From NCBI GenBank assembly GCA_023666615.1, contig JAMPBQ010000001.1:234621-298620 (forward strand): a stretch of 64,000 nt of DNA, in the 5' to 3' direction. The notes under the pieces were generated by a model, which was not told the DNA's origin, searched no databases, and saw nothing but the letters and a program-made list of their open reading frames with translations. Source of the stretch: Clostridium sp. Its GTDB lineage: Bacteria > Bacteroidota > Bacteroidia > Bacteroidales > Muribaculaceae. Positions 40,392 to 49,713 of this stretch are shown here, in pieces. Position 1 is the first letter of the stretch; each line of letters begins with the position of its first letter. Both the position numbers and the translations under genes were made by a program.

Positions 40392-41261
40392 TTGGACGCT
40401 AACGAACTATTAAAGAAGGTCAGGAAGATAGAAATCAAGTCCCGCGCCCTCTCGCAGAATATTTTTGCGGGAGAGTACCACTCTAAGTTCAAGGGAAGGG
40501 GCATGATGTTTTCCGAGGTGCGCGAATATCAATACGGCGACGATATCCGCGACATTGACTGGAACGTAACGGCCAGGCACAACCACCCATTCGTAAAAGT
40601 ATACGAAGAGGAGCGTGAGCTCACCATGATGCTTCTTGTAGATGTCTCAGGCAGCCGCCTCTTCGGCGCGGAGGGGTCGCCCAAGCGCGACGTCATAGCG
40701 GAAATTGGAGCCACACTTGCATTCTCCGCCACACAAAACAATGACAAGATAGGCGCCATCTTCTTCTCTGACAGAATAGAGAAATTCATCCCGCCCAAAA
40801 AGGGCCGCAAGCACATCCTGCTCATAATCCGTGAGCTGCTTGACTTTGAGCCTCAAAGCAAGGGCACCGACATAGCCATGGCCGTAGAGTATCTCACCGA
40901 TGCGCTGAAAAAGAGATGCACCACTTTCGTAATCAGCGATTTCATCGACAATCACGATTACAAGCAGGCAATGACCATTGGCCGCAATAGGCATGAGATA
41001 ATGGCGGTGCAGGTGTACGACAAGCGCGACAGCCAGCTGCCTGATGTAGGCCTAATGCACATCACCGACCTTGAGACAGGAGAAGACCGCTGGGTTGACA
41101 CGGGGAGCAAGCGCGTGCGCACAGCTTATGGCAAATGGTGGTACGACCGCCAACAGCGCATGTCGGAAACCCTCAAAAGCTGCAGAGTGGATTTCGCTTC
41201 CGTCTCCACCGATGAAGATTATGTCAAGGCCCTCCTCGGGCTGTTCAAAAACAGGCATTGA
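40392..41261 (+). CDS. DUF58-domain protein
   Basis: FKGRGMMFSEVREYQYGDDIRDIDWNVTAR; VDVSGS; VISDF. Confidence 0.95.
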   Translation: MDANELLKKVRKIEIKSRALSQNIFAGEYHSKFKGRGMMFSEVREYQYGDDIRDIDWNVTARHNHPFVKVYEEERELTMMLLVDVSGSRLFGAEGSPKRDVIAEIGATLAFSATQNNDKIGAIFFSDRIEKFIPPKKGRKHILLIIRELLDFEPQSKGTDIAMAVEYLTDALKKRCTTFVISDFIDNHDYKQAMTIGRNRHEIMAVQVYDKRDSQLPDVGLMHITDLETGEDRWVDTGSKRVRTAYGKWWYDRQQRMSETLKSCRVDFASVSTDEDYVKALLGLFKNRH

Positions 41262-42322
41262 CGATGAAAGCCCATATGAATATGACTATCGAAAAAACGC
41301 ATAAGCACTGTCCCTCACCCTTTGCAATTGTCTTTTTGCCAAGGCTTGTGGCTATGCTGGGAATAACGCTTTTATGCATCTGCGCGCACGCTCAGATGCC
41401 GGCGCCGACAATAAAATCCAGCGCCGACTCTTCGCAAGTGGAAATGGGCGACATAATCAACGTAAAGCTCGACGTGGTGAAAAATTCGCACCAGGGAGCA
41501 TTGGTCGGCCTTCCCGAAAAGCCCAATTCCGATTATTACGGCCTTGAGCTGCAGAGCATTTCGGCGGATTCCACTGATTTGGGCAATGGCAGGGTGAATC
41601 TGATATACACCCTTCGCTTTCAGGCATTTGAGCCAAAGGACCTATTGACATTGCCGCCGTTTTTCTATGCAATCGGCGAAGACACCTTGGCGTCAGACGT
41701 ATTGTCCTTCAAAATTTTGCCCGTGGCGCTTGACCCCGCTTTGGGCAATCCGGAAGAGCCGGAGACACTGACGATTCACCCTGATGAACCGCCGATAGAG
41801 ATACCGCTCAGATGGTACGACTACGTGCCGAATTGGTGGTACTGGGCCTTGATTGGCATTGCCGCAATAGCGCTGGCTGTTGTGCTCGCATTGATGTACA
41901 AGAAGAATGGCCCGGCTCTGTTCACGCCCAAACATGTGCCCACTCCTTACGAAGTGGCGGTTGACAGGCTGCGCAAGCTTAAGGAGCGCCGCCTTCTGGA
42001 ACAAGGGCAGGCAAAGGCGTTTTATACCGACCTTATCGACACGCTTCGCGGATACCTGCAGGGCAGATTTGGCATCAACGCTATGGAAATGACCTCAAAG
42101 CAAATATTGCAGCGTGTGAAAGATACGCCGGAAATCCATCTATCCGCCAGCCAGATGCGGCAAGTGCTTGAGCTGGCCGACTTTGTGAAGTTCGCGGCTG
42201 CGGTGCCCGACGCCAAGCAAGGCATGAACACCTTCAGCTCAGTAAGCCAGTTCATTGAAAGCACCAAACCCGCCGAAACGACCGACGATGCGGAAGGCGA
42301 TAAGAAGAAGAAAAAGCAATAG
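41258..42322 (+). CDS. Conserved membrane protein of bat operons (Ig-like N-part, TM, cytoplasmic C-part)
   Basis: Typical position between DUF58 and batA; FYTDL.D.LR.YL..RFGINAMEMTS; LADFVKFA. Confidence 0.85.
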   Translation: MTMKAHMNMTIEKTHKHCPSPFAIVFLPRLVAMLGITLLCICAHAQMPAPTIKSSADSSQVEMGDIINVKLDVVKNSHQGALVGLPEKPNSDYYGLELQSISADSTDLGNGRVNLIYTLRFQAFEPKDLLTLPPFFYAIGEDTLASDVLSFKILPVALDPALGNPEEPETLTIHPDEPPIEIPLRWYDYVPNWWYWALIGIAAIALAVVLALMYKKNGPALFTPKHVPTPYEVAVDRLRKLKERRLLEQGQAKAFYTDLIDTLRGYLQGRFGINAMEMTSKQILQRVKDTPEIHLSASQMRQVLELADFVKFAAAVPDAKQGMNTFSSVSQFIESTKPAETTDDAEGDKKKKKQ

Positions 42323-42359
42323 GCCTCGCCTATAAAACACAAATATACGCAATAAGATA

Positions 42360-43343
42360 ATGCAATTCGCCCACCCAACATATTTATGGCTATTCCTGGT
42401 GTTTGTGCCCCTGATTGCCTGGTATATCCTAAAGCAGTCCAAGGCTAAGCCTACATTGGGCATATCCACCCTCAGCCCCTTCGCCGGCATAGGACGCTCA
42501 TGGAAGGAATATCTCCGTCATGTGGTCTTCGCCCTTAGGCTTGGCGCTATTGGATGCCTGATAATCATCCTGGCGCGTCCGCAGACACGTGATTCCTGGC
42601 GCACATCGTCGACCGAAGGCACTGACATAATGATAGCCCTTGACGTATCCGCCAGCATGCTTGCTCGCGACCTGAAGCCGGACCGCCTTCAAGCGGCAAA
42701 AGCTGTTGCGTCGGAATTTGTGCAGCAGCGAGAGAATGACAACATTGGCGTTGTGATATTCGCCGGCGACGCCCTCACAGGCGTGCCTATGACAGTGGAC
42801 CGCAACATACTCCTCAGCTACATAAGCAGCATAAGCATGGATATCCTACCCGACGGCACGGCAATCGGCGACGGCATAGCCACCTCCCTCAACAGGCTTA
42901 AGGAAGGCAAGGCCAAAAGCCAAAGCGTAATCCTGATTACCGACGGCTCAAACAATACCGGCGTAGTGGCCCCCCTCAATGCAGCCGAAGTGGCGAAAGA
43001 AATGGGCATCAGGGTGTACACCATTGGCATAGGCTCTAACGGCATGGCCGAGATGCCCGTGATGAAGCCATTCGGGCTTGACTATGAAATGCAGAAAGTA
43101 GTGTTTGACGAAAAAACGCTGCAACAGATAGCTGACCTCACAGGCGGAAAGTACTTCCGCGCCGACAACAACAAGGCTCTCTACAATATTTTTCAGGAAA
43201 TAGACAGCATGGAGCAAACTCTAATGGATGTAAGGCATTTCTCCCACACTGAAGACAATTATATGCCCTGGGCGTGGATCGCATTCCTTCTTGTGGCTCT
43301 TGAGCTTCTTCTTAGATACACCGCGCTGCGTTCCATTCCCTGA
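42360..43343 (+). CDS. batA: vWA-domain protein BatA
   Basis: MQFAHP.YLWL; MIDAS DVSASM; RLQAAK; GTAIGDG; LITDG.NN.G; IGIG. Confidence 0.93.
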   Translation: MQFAHPTYLWLFLVFVPLIAWYILKQSKAKPTLGISTLSPFAGIGRSWKEYLRHVVFALRLGAIGCLIIILARPQTRDSWRTSSTEGTDIMIALDVSASMLARDLKPDRLQAAKAVASEFVQQRENDNIGVVIFAGDALTGVPMTVDRNILLSYISSISMDILPDGTAIGDGIATSLNRLKEGKAKSQSVILITDGSNNTGVVAPLNAAEVAKEMGIRVYTIGIGSNGMAEMPVMKPFGLDYEMQKVVFDEKTLQQIADLTGGKYFRADNNKALYNIFQEIDSMEQTLMDVRHFSHTEDNYMPWAWIAFLLVALELLLRYTALRSIP

Positions 43344-43369
43344 CATTTAGCATTATAGACAAAACAGAA

Positions 43370-44407
43370 ATGATTGACTTCGCATATCCACATCTATTGT
43401 ATCTCCTCCTGGCCGCGTTGGCAGCCGGGATGCTATATTGGTGGGCGCAGCTTTCCCGGCGCCGCAATTTGCGGAAATATGGCAACCCTTCTATTTTGGC
43501 TCCGCTTATGCCGGATGCGTCCAGATACATGTCGCGCATCAAGATAGCTTTGCAGATTGCCGCCATGGTGGCCGTGGTGCTTGTGTTGGCGCGTCCGCGT
43601 TATGGCGAGAAGATGCCGCGGCAATCGCGCATTGATGGCATAGAAATAATGATTGCGTTTGACGTATCAAATTCAATGCTGGCCTCAGCAAACGACAAGC
43701 CCGATGGCATAAGCCGACTGGACCGCGCGCGCCTTCTCCTGGAAAAGCTGGTTGATAGGCTTGACAACGACAAGGTGGGCCTGGTGGTATTCGCCGGCGA
43801 GGCAAAAACGCAGATGCCGCTCACCACCGACTACTACAGCGCGAAGATGTACCTCAATGACCTTGAGCCCGGCCTTGTCGCCCTCCAGGGCACATCAATA
43901 ACCGATGCGATAAACATGTCGGCCAATGCCTTTTCAAAAAATGACACCGTGCAAAAGGCCATCATACTCATCACCGACGCCGAGAACCATGAGGGCGATG
44001 CCTTGGATGCCGCTAAGCAGGCGGCTCAAAGAGGCATCCAGATTGACGTAGTGGGCGTAGGCACGTCAAAGGGCATGCCAATACCATTAGAATCCGGCGA
44101 CTTCCTTCGCGACAGCGAAGGCCAAGTGGTGCTCACCGCATTTGACGACGCGCAAGCAAAGGAAATCGCGAAAATCGGAAATGGATGCTACGTAAACGGC
44201 TCTTCGTCCAAAGCTCTCGACACCCTCACAGAAACTCTTGACGGACTTGACACCACTGAGTTTAAGACAGTGAAATACAAGACCAGCGCCGAGCAATTCC
44301 CGACATTTGCATTCCTCGCCCTCTTGCTTTTGGTTATTGATGTTTTCGTGCTCGACCGCAAGGTGAGCTGGCTTAAGGGCGTCAACTTTTTCACTAAGAA
44401 TAAATAA
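43370..44407 (+). CDS. batB: vWA-domain protein BatB
   Basis: DVSNSM; SRLDRA; VGLVVFAG.A..Q.PLT.D; LITDAENHEG. Confidence 0.92.
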   Translation: MIDFAYPHLLYLLLAALAAGMLYWWAQLSRRRNLRKYGNPSILAPLMPDASRYMSRIKIALQIAAMVAVVLVLARPRYGEKMPRQSRIDGIEIMIAFDVSNSMLASANDKPDGISRLDRARLLLEKLVDRLDNDKVGLVVFAGEAKTQMPLTTDYYSAKMYLNDLEPGLVALQGTSITDAINMSANAFSKNDTVQKAIILITDAENHEGDALDAAKQAAQRGIQIDVVGVGTSKGMPIPLESGDFLRDSEGQVVLTAFDDAQAKEIAKIGNGCYVNGSSSKALDTLTETLDGLDTTEFKTVKYKTSAEQFPTFAFLALLLLVIDVFVLDRKVSWLKGVNFFTKNK

Positions 44408-45096
44408 TGGCCATGAAGCACACAAGATACATAATCGCGGCCATCGCCGGCATCATCGCCTCATCGGCAATGACATCATGCTACGACAGCAACGACCATT
44501 CGACGAAGGCGGAAAGAAAGCTCATAAAGGAGGGCAACGGCCTTTACGCAGACACACTTTACACAAAGGCATTGGAGAAATACTCCGAAGCCATGCTGCA
44601 CTCCCCTTCATCAGAGGCCGCAAGATTCAACAGCGCGGCGTCTCTTTTCCACATAGGAAAAGGCACGCAAAACGACTCAACCGTTTCGAAATCAATCAGC
44701 GAGTATGAGCAGATAGGAAAGTCGGCTTCCGATTCCCTGATAAGGGAAAAGGCCTACTATAACCTTGGAAACATAGCGTTCAATGACAGCAACTTCGCCC
44801 AAAGCATTGAATGCTATAAGGCGGCTCTGCGCATCAATCCTTCAAACCCGCACACACGACAGAATCTTTTGGTGGCGATGCTGAAAATGCCTGACAATCA
44901 ACAGGACCAACAACAGCAACAGCAGAACCAGGACCAACAGCAGAATCAGGAGCAGCAGAATCAGGAGCAGCAACAGCCCGAAATGAGCCAAAACGCCGAG
45001 CAATTGCTGCAGACCATGCAGAACCGCGAGAATGAAACTCGCAAGAATACGAAGCCTGCGCAGTCAAGGCCCGCAAGCCTTGACAAGCCATGGTGA
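44407..45096 (+). CDS. batC: TPR protein BatC with a Q-rich linker
   Basis: EGNGLY; AYYNLGN; YKAALRINP...TRQNL; poly-Q linker; terminal DKPW. Confidence 0.9.
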   Translation: MAMKHTRYIIAAIAGIIASSAMTSCYDSNDHSTKAERKLIKEGNGLYADTLYTKALEKYSEAMLHSPSSEAARFNSAASLFHIGKGTQNDSTVSKSISEYEQIGKSASDSLIREKAYYNLGNIAFNDSNFAQSIECYKAALRINPSNPHTRQNLLVAMLKMPDNQQDQQQQQQNQDQQQNQEQQNQEQQQPEMSQNAEQLLQTMQNRENETRKNTKPAQSRPASLDKPW

Positions 45097-45195
45097 CGAT
45101 TTCCCGCGCCAAACAACTTACAGCAGAAGCATATCGCATAAAAGTTTCAACTCCCATCAACACTTACGCTAACTCATAGACGGATTACATAGATT

Positions 45196-47019
45196 ATGAT
45201 TAAGCATATCAGGATATTAACATTGATTATCGCCATATTCGCCTCTTTGTCGTCGATGGCGCAGGCCTCTCTTGAGATTTTGCCGCCAAGAGCTGTAGCC
45301 GAAGGAGGAAAATTCAATGTGACTGTGCGTCTTAAGAACGGCGAGGGAAAGCCCAAGGCCCCGGAGATTCCAAACTGCAAGCTCCTTTACGAAGGCGGCA
45401 CATCCACCCAGCAGTCCATCACCTTTAGCGGAGGCAGGCAAGAGAGTCTTTACATAGTTGATTACACATACGTTTACCAGGCTCTCAAGGCGGGCACTGT
45501 CACAATTCCCGCTGTTTCAGTCAATTCCGGCGGCAAGCAGCTCACCTCCAACACTGTGCAGCTCACCATCTTGCCACCCGACCAAAACTCGCAGGCGCAG
45601 GACAATGGCGGCGGACGGCAGCAGCAAGCCCAAACAGCGGAAGACATAAAGATTTCGCCGGAAGACATGTTCATTCGCGTGCATTTGAATCGTACGCAAG
45701 TTTATGAGCAAGAGCCGATTGTGGCCACTGTAAAAATATATTCAAAGCTCAACATCAGCGCTTTCCGCACGCTCAACCAGCCTACGTTCGAAGGATTTTT
45801 CTCAGAAGAACTTCCCGTATCGCGCGACCCGGCGTACGAGCACATCAACGGCAACAACTATACGTCGCTTGAGCTGCGCAAGGTGATACTTTACCCGCAA
45901 AAGACAGGAAAGCTCAACATTGAATCAGGCAAGTATGAGCTGACCCTTGTGCAGTACATCAACCGCCAAATCGGCTTTGGATTTATAGACCGAGTGCCGG
46001 TGGAAAAAACCATTAACACAGAGTCAAACAGCGCCGCGGTGACTGTAATCCCCCTCCCCGCTCCCAGGCCCGCATCCTTCTCCGGCGCGGTAGGCTCATT
46101 CACCGCAAAGGCGGAAATGTCGCCTCTTGAACTCCGCACCAACGAGGCCACATCATATATCCTCACGGTCAAAGGCACGGGCAACCTGAAATATTTAACC
46201 ACCCCTAAAATAGAAATTCCCGAAGGATTCGACTCATTCACTCCCAAGACTGACATTGACGCCCATTTTACAGGCTCGGACATGTCAGGGACATACACCG
46301 TGAACTATACCTTAGTGCCGCAGCATCCCGGCACCTTCACCATTCCTGCGGGAATATTCTCATATTTCAATCCTAAAGACAAGTCTTATCACACTATTGA
46401 CTTGGAACCCTTCTCCATGAAAGTGGCCCAAGGCGCCGCCGTGGAGACAGGCACCGAACAGACATCCATCATGAGCGGCATGACCGACATCCGCCACCTG
46501 CGCCCAATCCACGACAGCGACATCAGCAAACAGCCATCAAGGATATTCTATGATGGATGGTACTGGGCGCTATATGCCTTGTCAGCCTTGGCTTTGGCCG
46601 CCACCATATTCGCCTATCGCCGCCATATCCGCCTGAGCCAAGACGTGCAGGGGCGCAAATTGGCCAGGGCAAACAAAATGGCGGCAAAACGCTTGCGCAC
46701 AGCCAAGCAATTTATGGCCAAGAAAGATTCGGATAAATTTTATATGGAGCTCAACCAAGCCATGACAGGATATCTCAGCGATAAGCTTGGCATTCCCGCA
46801 TCTCAGCTCCTGCGTGAGAACATTAGCCAAAAGCTCGCCGAGCGCGGCCTGCCGGAATATGACATTCAGTCTACAATCAACATCCTTGACGAATGCGAAA
46901 TGGCGAGGTTCACTCCCGAGCATTCCGAAAGCGAAATGTCTGAATTATTCAACAAGGCCAATGCCGCCATCAAGGCTATCGAATCAGCTAAGAAACCGCA
47001 AAGCACCGCAAACGCATGA
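45196..47019 (+). CDS. batD: BatD
   Basis: Signal peptide; tandem Ig-like oxygen-tolerance domains; F.GAVG.F; G.GNL; C-terminal LDECEMARF.P. Confidence 0.92.
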   Translation: MIKHIRILTLIIAIFASLSSMAQASLEILPPRAVAEGGKFNVTVRLKNGEGKPKAPEIPNCKLLYEGGTSTQQSITFSGGRQESLYIVDYTYVYQALKAGTVTIPAVSVNSGGKQLTSNTVQLTILPPDQNSQAQDNGGGRQQQAQTAEDIKISPEDMFIRVHLNRTQVYEQEPIVATVKIYSKLNISAFRTLNQPTFEGFFSEELPVSRDPAYEHINGNNYTSLELRKVILYPQKTGKLNIESGKYELTLVQYINRQIGFGFIDRVPVEKTINTESNSAAVTVIPLPAPRPASFSGAVGSFTAKAEMSPLELRTNEATSYILTVKGTGNLKYLTTPKIEIPEGFDSFTPKTDIDAHFTGSDMSGTYTVNYTLVPQHPGTFTIPAGIFSYFNPKDKSYHTIDLEPFSMKVAQGAAVETGTEQTSIMSGMTDIRHLRPIHDSDISKQPSRIFYDGWYWALYALSALALAATIFAYRRHIRLSQDVQGRKLARANKMAAKRLRTAKQFMAKKDSDKFYMELNQAMTGYLSDKLGIPASQLLRENISQKLAERGLPEYDIQSTINILDECEMARFTPEHSESEMSELFNKANAAIKAIESAKKPQSTANA

Positions 47020-47792
47020 AAAAGCTTATCATTATACTTACAGCCCTTGTGACGGCCATTTGCTGCAACGCGACCGCCCTCACCGAACAGGCCGATACCG
47101 CATACGCCAACCAAGACTATGCCGCCGCCGTGCAGCTTTACCACAAAGCCATAGCCAACGACGGGATATCTCCGCAGATATATTATAACCTCGCCAATTC
47201 ATATTATAGGCTTGGAAAGCCCGGTCGCGCCGTGCTGTACTACAACCGCGCCTTGCAGCTTGACCCCTCTATGCAAGACGCCAGAGACAACCTGGCTTTT
47301 GTGAACACGCGCATACTCGACAAGCCGGAAGACGACAGCACTTTCCTCGGCAATTTGCATGAAGGCATTTTGGCCAAGATGAAGCCTGACGCATGGGCCT
47401 GGACTGCCTTTTTTCTCTTCCTTGCCGTGCTGGGATGTGTGGCAATCTATATCTTTTCTTCAAATGTGCCTTTGAGGAAGTGCGGATTCTTCGGAGGATT
47501 CATTATGATCGCGCTGTTTATATATGCCCTAACGGCCGCCTCACAAACGGCTTCAGCGCCATTCGACCGCTCAAGGGCGGTAATCATCGTGCCCACGGCC
47601 AACCTCAGCACAGCGCCGGGCGCCACATCAGGCCAAAACGCCAAGATTATTCCTCTGCATGAAGGCACTGTGGTGGAGATCACTGACTCAACCACAGTGC
47701 CGGGCGACGCCCGCTCGCCAAAGTGGTACGACGTTAAGATTAACAACTCTACCCGCGCTTGGGCCCGTTCAGCCGATCTGGAGCGGATTTGA
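47016..47792 (+). CDS. batE: BatE (TPR, two TM, SH3-like)
   Basis: YYNLANSYYRLG..G.A.LYY.RAL.LDP; LHEGT.V; W..V......RAW. Confidence 0.9.
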   Translation: MKKLIIILTALVTAICCNATALTEQADTAYANQDYAAAVQLYHKAIANDGISPQIYYNLANSYYRLGKPGRAVLYYNRALQLDPSMQDARDNLAFVNTRILDKPEDDSTFLGNLHEGILAKMKPDAWAWTAFFLFLAVLGCVAIYIFSSNVPLRKCGFFGGFIMIALFIYALTAASQTASAPFDRSRAVIIVPTANLSTAPGATSGQNAKIIPLHEGTVVEITDSTTVPGDARSPKWYDVKINNSTRAWARSADLERI

Positions 47793-47953
47793 GACAAAAA
47801 AAGCACCAGCCTCTAAAACGCTATAAACTAAATCATTGTTTGTATTGGACAATTTTTTCGCAAAAAAAAGCGCCAATAATATTTGGTCATTTCAAAAAGT
47901 GGCTTTAACTTTATAACAAAATTGAATTCTCACCCTAAAATCATATCATAGAC

Positions 47954-48214
47954 ATGAGCAAGACAATCACATTTAATGAGCTGCGCCGTCTGAAGGACAG
48001 CCTGCCCGACGGATCTATGCGCAAAATCGCAGACCAGCTTAATGTCACCGTTCAAACAGTGCGCAACTATTTCGGTGGCTCCAACTATGACCAAGGAAAG
48101 AACTGCGGCGTACACATCGAGCCCGGCCCCGACGGCGGCATTGTCGTGCTGGATGACTCCACTATCTATGACTTGGCTGTAGAAATCTTGGCAAAAGAGT
48201 CTGCAGAAAACTGA
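47954..48214 (+). CDS. Small conserved Bacteroidota HTH-like DNA-binding protein
   Basis: ITFNELRRLKDSLPDGSMRKIADQLNVTVQTVRNYFGG; has its own terminator. Confidence 0.85.
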   Translation: MSKTITFNELRRLKDSLPDGSMRKIADQLNVTVQTVRNYFGGSNYDQGKNCGVHIEPGPDGGIVVLDDSTIYDLAVEILAKESAEN

Positions 48215-48236
48215 TTCGCATGCAAAATGCGCCTTT

Positions 48237-48268
48237 AAAGGGCAACCCTTAAAGGGATGCCCTTTTTT
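48237..48268 (+). terminator. Intrinsic terminator
   Basis: AAAGGGCA...TGCCCTTT followed by TTT. Confidence 0.7.
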
Positions 48269-48293
48269 AATTAATCTTCTCAAACACTTCCAT

Positions 48294-49403
48294 ATGGACC
48301 GCTTCATCACCGTAGCAATACACACTTACGAACAGGCCATTTCACTCCGCGCCCTCTTGGAACGCGAAGGGATTGAAACGCAATTCCGCAACGTAAATAT
48401 CGAAAGCCCGGTGATAGCCTCCGGAATAAGGGTGCGCATCAAAGAATCGGATCTCCCTTTGGCTCTCCGCATCATTGAGAACAAGGAAATTTTCGCCGAT
48501 CCCATCGCGGCTCCGTCCTCCTCACAGCATGCGCCCATCATCGTGCCCGTAGATTTTTCTTCAGCTTCAGCATACGCCACAGAGGTGGCCTTCAAAATAG
48601 CCGAAAGCCATGGGACGGGGATTGTGCTTCTGCACGCTTATATAGACCCCTACGTTACCGAAAACATACAGCTAACGGCTAGCGGCACATACGAAAACGT
48701 CAATGCCTCCGACCGCCAGCAGGCACTGGCATCGGCCAACACGCGCATGCGGCATTTCGCCTCCAAGGTAAAAGATAAAATCAAAAGCGGAACATTGCCG
48801 GCAGTTAAATTCGAGACCTGCATTGTGGAGGGCGTGCCCGAAGACGCCATCACTCAGTACGCAAAGGCCAACAATCCATTCCTGATAGTGATGGGCACGC
48901 GCAGCGCCAAGAAAAAGGAAATGGAAATGATTGGCTCCGTCACAGCCGAAGTGCTCGACAAATGCCGATATTCCGTGCTTGCCCTCCCCGACCCCGGCGA
49001 AGGAGAAAAGAGATTTACACCAGGCAACATCCTGTTCTTCAGCAATGCCGGGCAAGACGACATCCTGGCTCTCGACACTCTGCATAGAGCATTTCCCAAA
49101 GCAAACGCTAAGGTGAAGATAACATCAATACTGGGGAAAAAGAAAAGCGCGGCGGAGCAGTCGCTGAAAGCTCTGTGCGAATACAGCACCCAAAACTTCA
49201 AGGGATACACATTCTTTACCGCGCCGCATGCGCTTGAGGATATCATAGAGCGCTCATCCGAAAACGGATGCGGGATCACCGGGGTAGACATGCTTGTCGT
49301 TTCCAATAAGAGGAAAAACATCTTTTCCCGCTTCTTCAGCCCATCGCTGGCCCACCGCGTGCTCTTCGCTGCCGACGTGCCGATGCTTGTAATTCCCGTT
49401 TAG
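48294..49403 (+). CDS. Universal stress protein (tandem Usp) with a DUF2007-like N-domain
   Basis: IIVPVDFS..S..A...A; LLHAY; LIVMGTR.....GSVTAEV; final VPMLVIPV. Confidence 0.9.
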   Translation: MDRFITVAIHTYEQAISLRALLEREGIETQFRNVNIESPVIASGIRVRIKESDLPLALRIIENKEIFADPIAAPSSSQHAPIIVPVDFSSASAYATEVAFKIAESHGTGIVLLHAYIDPYVTENIQLTASGTYENVNASDRQQALASANTRMRHFASKVKDKIKSGTLPAVKFETCIVEGVPEDAITQYAKANNPFLIVMGTRSAKKKEMEMIGSVTAEVLDKCRYSVLALPDPGEGEKRFTPGNILFFSNAGQDDILALDTLHRAFPKANAKVKITSILGKKKSAAEQSLKALCEYSTQNFKGYTFFTAPHALEDIIERSSENGCGITGVDMLVVSNKRKNIFSRFFSPSLAHRVLFAADVPMLVIPV

Positions 49404-49473
49404 AAGCCCGAAAAATTTTTAACGCTCCATATCATTTTTCTTGTAACAAGCTATCAATCAGAAAATCCCCACG

Positions 49474-49506
49474 TGTTCCACAAAGACGGAGATAAAATGT
49501 GGAACG
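49474..49506. promoter_or_regulatory. Inverted pair of non-canonical DnaA-box-like 9-mers upstream of dnaA
   Basis: TGTTCCACA at 49474-49482 and TGTGGAACG at 49498-49506 (reverse complement CGTTCCACA); TAAATTTG -7 element at 49674-49681. Confidence 0.5.
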
Positions 49507-49713
49507 TTTGATTCAATTTTTCATTCATTTGATTTACAGAATGTGGCAAAAATTAGTTAAAGTATTACTTTGCTAAAATTTTGCTAATTTCATAACCTCC
49601 TGAAATTCAATATTGATACAAATCTTTCAAATTTCCAAATTTTTTTGAAGGTAATTTTCTGATTTTTTTTATTTAAATTTGCATCACAAATCAATCTCCA
49701 CTCTTCTTCTGCG

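Noticed and set aside
44895-44985. Gln-rich repeat in batC
   Set aside because: A typical BatC linker, in frame, and not matching the intergenic arrays.
49404-49713. oriC call upstream of dnaA
   Set aside because: Only two variant boxes and no evident skew change; kept as a regulatory candidate only.
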